Of a stretch of DNA of 64,000 bases, positions 38,475 to 50,500 are shown in pieces. The notes under the pieces were generated by a model. The model did not search any database and was not told the origin of the DNA. It was given only the letters and a program-made list of their open reading frames with translations. The DNA is from Felis catus (taxonomy: Eukaryota). Location: positions 3,782,001-3,846,000 of the forward strand of contig NC_058383.1 in the NCBI RefSeq assembly GCF_018350175.1. Reading direction: 5' to 3'. The first letter of the stretch is position 1, and each line of letters begins with the position of its first letter. The translations under genes were made by a program, and so were the position numbers.

Positions 38475-38692
38475 AAAAAATTTTTTTTTAACGTTTATTC
38501 ATTTTTGAGACAGAGAGAGACAGAGCATGAATGGGGGAAGGTCAGAGAGAGAGGGAGACACAGAATGTGAAGCAGGCTCCAGGCTCTGAGCTGTCAGCAC
38601 AGAGCCCGACGCGGGGCTCGAACTCACGGACCGCGAGATCATGACCTGAGCCGAAGTCGGCCGCCCAACCGACTGAGCCACCCTGGCACCCC
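38475..38692 (-). mobile_element. Can-SINE (intronic) within old L1 3'UTR-like DNA
   Basis: TSD aaagatccttt at 38461-38471 and 38693-38703. Confidence 0.95.
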
Positions 38693-41600
38693 AAAGATCC
38701 TTTTTTAAAAAGCTTCAGCACAATGTTATCACACCTTAAAAATTAATGATAATTTCTTCACGGTCATTAAACTTCCGGCCACTGTATGCGTTCCCCTTGC
38801 TGTCTCGTGAATTTCTGTTCTTACACTGTGCTTATTTGGATCAGGAACTAAATCAGGTGCAGACAGCCTGTTTGGCTGGTGTCACTCACATCTCTTGTCA
38901 CCTGTAGGCTCCATCCGTCTCTGTCTCCCTCGCTGAAGAGATGGGCTCATTTGTCCCATATCGTTTCCACAGCCTGCGTTTGTGGACTGGATTCCCATGG
39001 TTCCCCTTACGTAGGTTAGTAGTGGGGCTAAGATCTGATCGGACGCGGGTTTGATGCTGCTTTGCCTGAGCTGCCTCTTAGGCGGTAGGGCGTGTGTCTG
39101 TCAGGAAGCAGAGATGTCTGTCTGTCTCCCCTCGCGCCTTTGGATGGTCCTTGCCTAGGCCCGTAGACTGGTTACCGCCTGTTCCGTGGCCGGTGATCTC
39201 AGCGCCTGGCCGTGCCGGCGTGCGCCCCCCTCTGAAGGACATGCTGTGAGCGGCCCGTGGGAGGGCTCTCAGCTTCCGCACACGGACCGTGATGGAAGGT
39301 GACTGACTGTGACCAGCAGAGCATTTTAGCACGTACGAGATCGTTTCCTGTAGCTTCCCAGGGCTGTTCCGCCGTGGTCCCTCGAAAAGTATGGAATCAG
39401 TCACTAACCGTCATAGCAGTAGTTATCAGATTGAAGTCATTTTGAAAGTAGTCGGAAAATGCCCCAGATGTGCTGCAGACAGCAGCATCCCAGGCAGCAG
39501 AAACTGCTTTTCTCCCTCACTCTCGACGCCGCGCCTCCCTGTCCGCTGCGGCCGCAGGATCCCCTCGCGAGCCGGAGCCTGGGTCGTGGCCGGAACTGTG
39601 TGCTGCGTGGGGTTCGGGACGGGAGAGGGTGTCAGCTCATCTCCCAGCCGCCGCGAAGGGAGACTGCGCGCCTGGGACTGGAGAGAAGACAGGTGGCCAG
39701 AAGGGCCTCTGAGGAAGACACGTCCCCGTCCGGGGCCGCCCAGGAGGGAAGAGACGGTGTGGGTGTGGAGGCTGCCGGACTCAGACGTGCCCGTGGAAGG
39801 AGGAGCCGCTCAGGAGACCAAGCTGTGGGTTCGGCCGCATGGTGTCCGCACGGCGTGGGCCGGAATTTTCTCTGATACGCCCCTCGCTCTGGTTTTCTTG
39901 CCCTGGGCGGTTGCTGTGGGTGTTTGTTCAAAGTTGCGCTGTCGTCTTGTTAAACGTTCGCTTGGAAAGGGCTTGTTTCTGGGAGCGTAACCCACTGGGA
40001 GCCGGGACGCGGAATCCCTGCTAATGAAAACGTGTGCCCCTTTCCAGCATTCCAGTTCACGCTGACTTTTTTGGGCCTGTCACCCACATAGGAGGACGTA
40101 TGTAGTATTTTAGCAGTGAGCCTGTGAGAAGGATATTCCTTATCATGGAGCGTGTGCTGAAATCGAATCTATAATAACTTTACAAAAGCCTTTGTCACTG
40201 GGAGAGGGAGAGGGTTGGTGGGCGCCCAAAGGGTATTGTGTAGAGTTTTAATGACGTTCATAGTCAGTGCTTTCGAAAAAGACAGCTATGTTTACAATTA
40301 TGAGCTGAAATGAAACGAAAGCTTTTGATTTGGAGATACAGCAATTTACCGTTTGCTGTTTTTGCATCTTGTGAATGTCAGGGGATAAACTTGGTAAATT
40401 AATGACAACTCAAATTACAGCAATGCCTCATTTCCATAATTACCCTGCATTTAAAGCATTTCATATTAACAGGAGAGGATTATATAAATGCTTTTACTTT
40501 GATTTCCTGGAAATGGGCCCTTGCATCGTGACTTGCAAGGAGGTTTTGTGGGCAATGTTCGCCGCCGCTGTCGCTTTTCACAAGTTTCCGGTTTTCTGGG
40601 CAAAGGTTCCTGGTGGATTTAAAGGAAAGCAGATGGAATCTCTGGCTGTACGTGTATTTCATAAACGTAGAAAGGGAAGCCGTGAGGGTGTGCTGTGCAC
40701 TGCCCAGGAGTCTTGGACAGAGGCCGTGAGCACAGCGGGTCCCCGCCGGCCTCGTGCTGACTGGTCCTGCCACCGTGCCCCTGGGGCCTCACCAGACCCC
40801 CTTCCAGGAGCCCGATGACAGGCCGAAGATGTGTTAGCGCGGGTTTTGCTTTCCTCGGACACAACGGTTCCAGCCTTACATCGTGAGCCGATTGCAAATG
40901 TGTGGCATCCTCTCTCCTACGAATACTTTCCGGGAGGCACGCAGAGAAGAAATGGCTATTTTTACGTGCTCTGCTTAAGAAGACGCCTTTTCCCCTTCGT
41001 CATCTGTCACGTGTTCCGCCGTGCCCAGAAAGGCCCACACGTGTCTTGTGTTTGTTTCCTCGGCAAGCGGGGCTCTGGTTCTTCTGCGTGTGCGCGCAGA
41101 GCGGGGCTGTGACCGCGTCACCTTCCTGCTGGAAGCCACAGCGGCCGCCCGGCGCCCTGCCCCTGAGCCCCGGCCCGGCGCTGCTGAAGGGCTTCCCCTG
41201 GCCTGCCCCTCTTCCCCAGGGCACCCCCCTCCCCCTGCCTCGTCCTCTCCAGCAGGACTCAAGATGTTGCGTCCAAGGGCCCTTCCACACCCTCACACGT
41301 CGCTGGGGACCCCGGAGAGCTTTCGTTCACGTGGGACTGTCCGTCACCCTCGGCGTATTAGCGATTGAAGTGAGAAGTTCAAATACACGTGTTTATTGAC
41401 CTGCTCAGAAAGAGCAGTGATAAATGTATCTCAAGAATCGCTGTTCATGACAAAACCACTCTATTTCCCCAAACACAGACATTTAGAGTAGGGTGTTTGG
41501 TGTTTGGAAAAGGCTTAAGGTCTGGCTTGATCGAAGACGGCTGGAATGTCCTGGCTGCCGTGCCTCTCGTCTGTGGGGGTAGGTGGCTTTGGTTCAGGCT

Positions 41601-43519
41601 GGGAAGGAAATTCAGCCTCACGCAGAGAGGGGGCTGGACGAGGGAGGGGTATCCTAGCGCCTTTCAGATGATTGTGGACGTCGTTCCTCGACGCCTCCGC
41701 AGAACCTGACGGGTGGTAGTTTCTTCAGGGTCACTTGCAGTATGGAGTCTGACACATCATCGGTGGCCGTGTCCTCTCTCCGTTACATTAAAACCTGTTG
41801 CTCTGTCTCACATCTAGAATAAATCTCTCATTACCCGGCTTGGTTTTGTGACCTCATGCATTGGTTGATTATTGGGGGAAGTATCGATTGAATTGTGCAG
41901 ATCTTCTGATGTCAGTATGTCTTATCACATAAAAGCATATTTTGTCTTAAGTTGGGTCGGTAAATTTGAGCCCCCTTGAACCCAGCAGGTCATATGTTTG
42001 GAAAATAGAAATCTTCCAAAGGATCAGACATTTTGATGTAGTTTAATTGTAAAATTTGCTTTAAAAGTTGAGCGACACAGTGTATTTTTATAGAAATAAA
42101 AAAAGTCATATAATTTAGTCATTGGCCTTGTTAGCACCTCATGCCCTAATTAGGCTTAAATTTAGGTGGCTTTTTTTTTTTTTTCCCCTTGTATGGACAG
42201 TCAATTCTTGATGATTTCATTTGGGGCTCTCCCATCTTGTCAGTTATTTCTGTTGTCTTCCCATAACCAGGCAGGGCATGGGGGCCCTCGCCCTTCTTCC
42301 TGGTTCCCGGGTGGTGGTCCTGCTGTCCCCCCTCAGCCACGGGAGTGGGGCCACCAGGAGAAGTCAGGGAGAAGGGTCTGGACACAGAACTGTGAGAGTC
42401 CTCACGGGGTGTCAGTGACAGAGGAGGTGTGTTTTTATGGAAATAACTCCCCGTTTGGGATTTCTTTCGAAACCCTTCTGAGCACACTTCTAAAAAACTG
42501 TGCCAACTTTCGATAAACACCGGCATTCCCTCCCTCCCTGATTTCGTATTTTCCCCCCTAGATCTCTCTTCCCTCCTCGCAGTAAATCAGTGTCCTAGGG
42601 CCCAGCACTGACCTTCTGTCTGCTCAGAAGAGACTCTGCTTTCTGGGGTTTGTAGCACAAGAACAAAAGGTACTCACTGTTTTTCCAGACGGACCAGCAG
42701 AAACGCCGAGTGCGTTCTGACCCCTCCCGGGCCCTTCCCACAGACTCGCACTGCCCCCTTTCACAGCTATTCTGGGTTTTATAAACTTCATAGTTGTGGG
42801 GTTTGGGGTCATGTGGTGGTTGTGCCTTTGACGCCCGAGCCGATCGGTGGCCTAGCGAGCTGCTCGGGAAGATGTCCACCAGGACCCCTCCCGCCCGACA
42901 CTGCTGAGCCACGTGAGTGATTTGGGCTCAGGCACGTGCACGGGCAGTGGCTGGGGCCAGCTGTCCATCAGAAACCTGCCCAGAAAAGCTCCCTCCTATC
43001 ACATGATTTGGTTACAGTTTACCGGTGAAATTAAGGATCCTTCTCTATGCTACCGTGGAGCCATGGGGGGAGCACAGGCAGTGAAAAATAGCTTGTAAGC
43101 CTAGGAACCCTCCGGAGCTGATTCAGAAAGAGCGTGACAGTGGAGTCTGATGGTCCCGGTGGCAAAGCAGGCAGCTTGGAGGCTGCAAAGCTCCGTGAAC
43201 AGAAGTTTGTGTCTGTCTGCCTCCACCCTTGGGGACATAAATATATCCGTTCTGCTTGGCTGGTACACCCCTGAAGCTGGGAACAGTGACTCATCACAGC
43301 TTGAGGAAAACATCTTTCCCTCAAGAATAGCCACCTCCCTCTGGTCGGATTCCGTATCAACTGCGAACATTTATAGCCCTGCCTTGGCTGCTAGCATGCG
43401 AGGACACTGCTGAATGTTGGGCTTTCTTAGCGGTTGTGTTTTTCTCTGCAGACTGGTGTGAGCAGGTTTTCCAGACCTGCTGACCCCTTGGGTTAGCCCA
43501 CAGGAGGTCTCACGGAGAG

Positions 43520-43700
43520 TCTAGAACTTTCTGCAGTGATAGAAATGTTTTGTGTCTGCGCCATCCAAGATGGCAGCACGAGGCGTGTGTGGCTGGTGAG
43601 CGTCTGAAATGTGGCCGAAGTGAGTGGAGAACTCAGGTTTCAGTTGTTTGGTCTTTAAGTTCGTTCACGTTTACAAAGCCGCACGTGCCGCTGGCCTGGA
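43520..43700. mobile_element. MER3-like hAT-Charlie transposon
   Basis: tagaactttctgcagtgatagaaatgttt...tgtggctggtgagcgtctgaaatgtggc. Confidence 0.75.
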
Positions 43701-44759
43701 GAGGTGGCCGGTCTGTGGGTCCCCGGGGCGGGCGTGGCCGCTGCCTCAGTTTACCCGTCACCCCCGAGGTGCGCGTATTGTTTTCTGCAGGGTGCTCGAG
43801 GTGAGAGAGCCCCACAGGTGTGGCCCGGGCCTGGGGCTCAGGCGGACTCCCTGCGGCTCCAGGGGGTGAGGCGAGGCGGCCGCCAGCCGTGGCCTTCCGG
43901 AAGGACGTTGAAACGTCTTGTGGCTGCACAGGCCGGACATCCTCGTCGGCTTCTGCTCCTCGGCTCCGCAGACACGTGAGCGTGGACGGTGTCCGTTTTC
44001 GCCTGTTGCCCGCGTTCTCGAAGCCCGAGGGCCGAGCAGAGAAGCGAGGGACCCAAAGTTGATGCCTGTGGGTAATAGAGAGAAGACACACGGTTGCTGG
44101 TGTGGGAAGCAGCGTTCCTGAAACTCCGTGGCCCTTTCCGGCCCTGGCTTTCCTGTGCCCGTTGGTCGTCGACAGAGTGCTTGTGAGTCCAGTGCCAGAT
44201 GTGAACATTACACGCTCACAGATTTTGAAGTTCCTTTGTGAACAAATGAGTGTGCGTGCCGCCTGCACGGACGCCTGCTCACGCCCATGACCAGTATGGC
44301 TGGTCATTCTCTGGTGTGACTGTTGGTCGTGGACCCCCCCCGCCCCCGCCGGCCCCGCAGGGAGCCGCGAGCCCACGAGGGCAGGGCTGAGCTCCCTGCA
44401 CTTAGCGTTGCACTTAGCGCTTGGAGGCCACGAAACACGAAACACCTACTTACGTACGTAACCTTCTGTGGCCTGCTGCTTGTCGTACAGGACAAATTCC
44501 AACGTCTGGCTCACGGAAAGCCCGGAATTGGTGTTTCTGACTCATGGTCAGGAGCCCCGTGCTCCACGTGGGAAATCGGGGACCCGCCGTCGTCGGCTCG
44601 GCTCTCTGGGCCGTGGCGGTGTCTGCACCCGGCTTTCGGCCAGCGACCAGAGCTCGGCCCAGGGCCGCTCCGCGGGAGGGCCGTGTGTGTGTCCGGGAAG
44701 AAGAGGAAGCGCCCCGGTGGCCGGTCAGCCGGTCTCAGCGCCTCGGGACCCTGGCAGCA

Positions 44760-44935
44760 GACCGCAGCCCGTGGGCAAGTCCCGCCAGACGCCTGTCTTT
44801 GTAAATGAAGTCTTACGGGGGCACGGCCGTGCCCGTTCCTTGACGTGGTTTCTGCGGCTGCTTGCTTGAGGCGGAGGTGGGGTGGCCCGAAAACCTAACA
44901 GATTCGGCGTCTGGCCCTTTCCGGAAACAGCGCAC
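44760..44935. mobile_element. MER58A-like hAT transposon, strongly GC-shifted
   Basis: gcctgtctttgtaaatgaagtcttac...cacggccgtgcccgttc...aaacctaa...tctggcccttt. Confidence 0.7.
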
Positions 44936-47349
44936 ACACTCGGCAGCCCGGTCCGTTCAGTGATACGTTTTGCCGAGATCGTTACCGGTTTTCTCTACGT
45001 GGAGCCCCTGTGTCTCTTGAGGTGTTATGTTTAATTCTGGGTGTTTTGTATATTTGTCTTGGGGATGGTCACTGTCAACAATGGGATCTTTTTTCCCTGA
45101 TTATTTTCGAAAGGGTGAGTGCTGACATGTAGGAAAGGAGGGCTCTGTGCGTGTTTTCTTGTTGTTTTGGTACGAACTTTATAATAATTTATTTTTAGAT
45201 TTCTACATTTTAAAAACAAGCTTCCAGAAAAGCTTTAAGACCGGTCCAAATAACTCCTGTCCTCTGCCCAGATTCAATGTTTAACTTTCTGCCATGTTTG
45301 CTTTTAGTATTTTCTCTACATGTGTCGGTGCTGCTTGAGGGCAGGTTACGCATACGACGCCTCCTTTTCCCTTGGAGCAGGGGTATCTTCCGTAGCCGCA
45401 GTCTGGTCGCCGAGTTGGGGACCTCGTGGCCCGCCCTCCAGTCCACGGCCCGTGCGCCCGCGCCATCAGGTGCCCCAGTAGCACGCTTTACGGTGTCCCG
45501 GGTCCTGTCCAGTGTGGAGCCCTGTGTTTGGGTGCCCTGTCTCTCTGGCCTCCTTGCTCTGTGACAGCTCCTTGGCCTTCTTTGTGTTGACCTTGACATA
45601 AAAAAAAAAAAGAAAAAAAAAATAGGACAGTCATCTTATCGGATGCCTCTCAAATTAGATTTGACTGGTTAAGACCAAGTCCTGATGAGATTCGGGTCAG
45701 GCATCTCCACAGCCCGAGCGAGAGCACTCCCCTTCTCCAGGGCGACTCCAGTGCTAGCGTCCCTCCTGGTGGAGGTGACGAGGATCCCTTGGTAGAAGTG
45801 TTGACTGCGCTTCTCTGCCCGATAGTTACTGTTTTTCCTTTTGTAGTTAACAAGTAATTTTTGCCCTTCAGTGCTGGAATAAAATGCTTATTTTGTATCT
45901 AGTCGCTGTTACCGTTCCTTGTAACAGTTTTTAAATTCACGTTTTGCGTGCGTTTTCTAGGTCAAATTTTCATCCGCAAATGATGATTATTTTGTGTCTT
46001 TCTTCCACTACCTTTTATCTCCTTTCTTCTTGCATCTTGTCGAGTTTGCTAGAACCTCCAGATAACACAGAATGTGTACCCTGATGGTGGGCTCCATTCT
46101 CGTTTGGAGCCGGACCAGGAAGGCTTATGGGGCCTTTCAGAGTAAATGTAGCCTCGCTGCTCAGCCTCGCTGCTCCGAAGCTGCTTCCCGAAGGCAGTCT
46201 TCCTGGTACCTCGCTGAGGTGAGCCCAGGGCTGCGCACCCACGGCACCCCTGGTCTGGCCATCCCGCTGTTACTGTAGGGTCGGTAGTGTGTTTATCTGA
46301 CATGATCTGGTGGGGGTGGGGGGTGCGCTGGTTTGTGCTTTCCTCATCTACTGCTGTCGTCCCAGTACCAACCAGTGACCCCGGGCTGGGCACATAGTTG
46401 GCGCTTTGTAAGTTGTTGGCAGAATGAATAAAAAAGCAAACAGGAAAGGTGTGACTGCAGAAATAACCTGGCAGAAGACGGTGACCAGAGGTGACAGGAG
46501 CTTAGCATCTAAAAGGTCTGCATCGTCACCCCCCAGCTGGGTGCCCTTGGGCAGGTGCCCTGACCTCAAGCTCCATCTGTAAGATGGGCACACTCCCCAC
46601 TTGCTGGGGAATTACGAGAACTACAAGCGGTGGGCCAAAGTGCTCACCTCAGTGTCTGGTGTACGGGTGCCCTCTCCACGTGCCTAGGCCGTTGCCATCG
46701 CTGCTGTCACTGTGACCGTGTAAGAGAGGCTTTGTTGCTCTGTGAGGCGTCCAGGTGTCCGAAGCGAGATCTCCTTTGTGGTGGGAGAGCTGTTGCAGGG
46801 CCTGGAGCCCGTCTCGGTGGGGTAGTCTGGCCCCCGCCCTCCAGCAAAGGTGCCAGTCACTGGCAGGGTGTCACGGAGCATGGCCTCCGGTCTGTGCTGG
46901 CTGGAGACTGGGCTTGGGTGGGCCGGGATCCCTCGCGGCTCCCAAGGCGGTACAATCAGAGCAAACTAGGGTTTGTTTCTTGTGTTTCTCTGAGCTGCTT
47001 GCGCAGAGGGTGGGGATTTGAAAAGACAGACTCGGGTTTTCCCGTGGATCAGCTGAACCGCCTTCGTGGGGCTCAGAGACCGGCCCGCCCTGGGGCGGGA
47101 CGCTGAGAGCAAAGCCAGCCTCAGTGCAGCGGTCTGACGGCCCCTGGCTGGGACACAGGGCGCTCGGCAGAGGACCAGCGGGCAGCTGGGGACGGAAGCC
47201 CAGATCTGATCCGGTGATTGGTCTGCACGTCAAGGCATTTACGAATACGGACAAGTATGGAAGATGACGGAACGTGTGCTTGTGACCCACGAAGAATTGG
47301 CACTCGTCCACATCGTGTCACGTGCTTTCAGGGCTTTGTAGAGTTTTGT

Positions 47350-47590
47350 TTTCTTTTTCTTTTCTTTGCTTACTTTTGCCCAACGTAGGGCTTGAACTTG
47401 TGACCCTGAGAGATCAAGACCTGAGCTGCGATCAAGGGTCCGAGGCTTAACCGACTGAGCCACCCAGGCGCCCCTATATATATATTTTTTAGTTGCGTTT
47501 ATTAAGTAATCTCTCCATCCAGCATGGGGGCTCGAACTCACAACCCCGAGATCGGTGGCCGCTCGTCCAGCTGAGCCGGTCAGGCGCCCC
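47350..47590 (-). mobile_element. Two short antisense Can-SINE copies
   Basis: Bodies end in gagccacccaggcgcccc (47473) and caggcgcccc (47590). Confidence 0.85.
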
Positions 47591-50500
47591 AGGCCTTGTT
47601 TTGAATAGAGAAACAACACCCTGCAGATGACAGCAGGCCCCGAGTCCCCCTTCCTACCACGTTTCTGTCCCTTCTCCGGAGGCAGCCACCCTCCGGAGTT
47701 TAGCTCCGGATCTGTCTCACTCCCCCTGTTTCAGTTGTTGCAGGGGATGGGGGCAGACGTATAGAAGTGGCCTCACAAATCTGCCCGTTACGCTACGTGT
47801 ATTTTCCGCTTCTCCAGAAGACTGGTTCGTCGGTGACACCATCAGACACAGAGGCCTCCTGTTTCTTCACAGCCCTGCTGCTCGGGCCCCCGTCCTTCCC
47901 GTCCTGCAGCCTGCTGTCCCACCTGTCCCCCATTCTCTCGGCTCTGGCCAGGGTGGCTCCCGTGCAGCACGTCCAGCACGTCCAGCGCTCCCGCCTGCGC
48001 CTGGCTACCGGGAGCCCCTCCGTGTCTCGGCTCGAGCACCTGTGCCTGCTCTGCTCGCACCTGCTCCGGGGTGGCTCTGGGCTCCTGCCCTGTCCCCGGG
48101 CTCATCTGCAGCCCTGCGCGGTGGCCCCATTATCTCCACGTTGAAAGCAGACGGCATTGGGAAGACCGCCCTCAGCCCCCCCGGCCCGCATGCCCCCTGC
48201 CAGGTGGTTACTGAGGCCTTCGCTTCTACCCGCGTCCACACGTGGGTGCTCGCGGTGCGGGCCGGGTCAGGAGGGAGACCTCACGGTCGTGAAGCGTGAG
48301 CGTGTGGTACCATTTTGGGGGGTGCGGGGTGCAGTGACGAAGCCAAACGGAGACTGTCAGGTGGGTGGGGAAGTGATATTTTGGCATCTCCGTTACGAGC
48401 AGAAGCTGCTGACTGGAAGCATCGAGGGCAGAGACTTCCCAGCGGTGGGACCTGTGGGTGCAGTGGCTGGGGTGGGGGCGGACGGTGCACCCACAGAGGA
48501 GGCCAGAGACGGAAGGGCCCAAGGCCCCTGGAAGGTTCCAGGGGGCGGTGACATTCCCAGCAGGGCCACCGTGGCAGCGGTCAGTAGGGTCTGTAGGGCC
48601 GAGTGCTGGGCTGGCTCTGAGGACGTGGGAGCGGTGCGTGCGTGTATGTGCGTGCGTGTGCGTGTGGACAGGTCCCTAAAGCACCCAGGAGGAGCCACCT
48701 GTCCAGGGCCTGGAGTCCTCACCTCCCCCAGGTGTCCCCAGCGCTGCCTGGCCTCATGGTGCGGAAGGAAGGAAGCGTGCGCGAAAGTTCCGGAGCCCGG
48801 GGGGCTAGGGTGGATTTTATCCACCCGCGTGCTGGGGACAGAATGTCGCTGAGAACGATGGTTTCCTTCTGTGTGGCAAAACGAAAAGCTTCAGTCATGA
48901 AACCACACGACCTGAGGGAAGCTCCAGGCAGGGGCTGGCTCCTCCCTGAGACTCAGAATGCTGTTTGGACAGCGGGAAGGCCCTTCCGGACTCTGGCCGC
49001 GTTTCCAGCTCATCTTGCTGACTGTGCTGTGACTGCTTCAGGGTAACATTGCAGATGGAGCCACGGCCTGCTGGAAACGCTAGAGGGACCACCCCAGCCA
49101 CGCCTTCATCTGGGGAGGTGAGAGTCACGGACGTCACGTCTGTGCGCTAATCCCTGCCCGTCTCCGTGAGTGCAGAACACCTAACGGTGCGGGAGAATGT
49201 GTGCGTGCGCCTGTTGTTTTGAGAGTATGCGTCCGTATGCTTGGAAGGTTGGCTACTGCTTGCTTGATAAAATAGCGTGGGAACAATTACTCGGACAGCT
49301 CGAGGTGCCTGCTTGGGACCCTGCCCTTGGAGCCCTGGCGAAAGCACAGATTCCCGAGTACTTTGTGAGTACCCCGTCCCTGATGGGAGACCGAGAAGCC
49401 GAGGCACACGCCACGGTGGAACCGTCCGGGGCCAGCACCTGCTTATCTTCAGCCCACACCCTGGTCCGCGTTTTCTTCTGCTCCCCGGACCTGTGAAAGG
49501 CGGAGGAGAGGCCAGAAGAAGGCTTGCTGGGGAGGGCGTGCGTGCTGTTTCCCTGGCCCGGCTTGCGTGCCCGAGGGCCCTGGAGACACAGGGTGACCTC
49601 GGACAAGCTGAACGTCTCCTTGCCGACCCCTCTTGCACCCGGGGGACCTGGGCGCTGGCCCATCGCACCACTTCCAGATGGAGCCCGAAGAACGTATCGC
49701 CAGCTGCTGAGAGCCCTCTGTGTACCCGGGCTGTCCTCAGCCCCGGTCACCGTCTGCTAAGACAGGCGGACAGCCACCGGGACGGGAGGGTACGTAGGCT
49801 AAAGGGGCTTGAAGGCTGGAGTCACACAAAGGGTGGCACTCGTGGGGCCCTCTGAGGGTGACCGGCGGCAAGACCAATGCCACGGGAACAGCCGGTAGGA
49901 CAGGGCCAGACTAGCATGTCTGGGGACGGGCCCAGGATGTGGGGAAGGAGGGAGGGGCTGTCCCGGCTCCCCCTGCTGCGCCCTCAGGTTCTCGGGGGCT
50001 CCGTGGGCCCCCGCAGGTGTGCCCTGTGCGGGGCGCCCTGCCCCCTCCTCTTCAAGGCCGAGTGTCCACGGCCGGAGGGGCGCTTCCGCTAACACACGAG
50101 GGGTACGCTTCACTGAGCCGCCGACGTGCCACACATTGTCCCAGGGAGCCGTCCGGCTTCGTGCCTCGGGGAGGGCAGGGGGCCAGGCGGAGGCGGAACA
50201 GCTTGTCTGCGTTACGTGTTGCCCTTTCTTGTAAGATTCTCCCTGATACTTATTTCGACTTATGACCCTGTGTCCAGTGAATTGAATTTTTCTAAAGTAG
50301 ATCGGTTTGGTTTTTTAAATGCCGGTGAGATTGAGATGGGCCTTCCCGGGCGGTGTCAAGCGGGAGTGGGAGCCCAGCCTGGGCCGCCGAGTGGGCCCGG
50401 GAGGCAGTTGCCCCGTCCCGTGTCCGGCCGGGACAGGTGCCCCTGTCAGCACCCCGGGCCCAGGAGCCACTCGCCCCAAGTCAGCTACTGCCGGAGCCCC

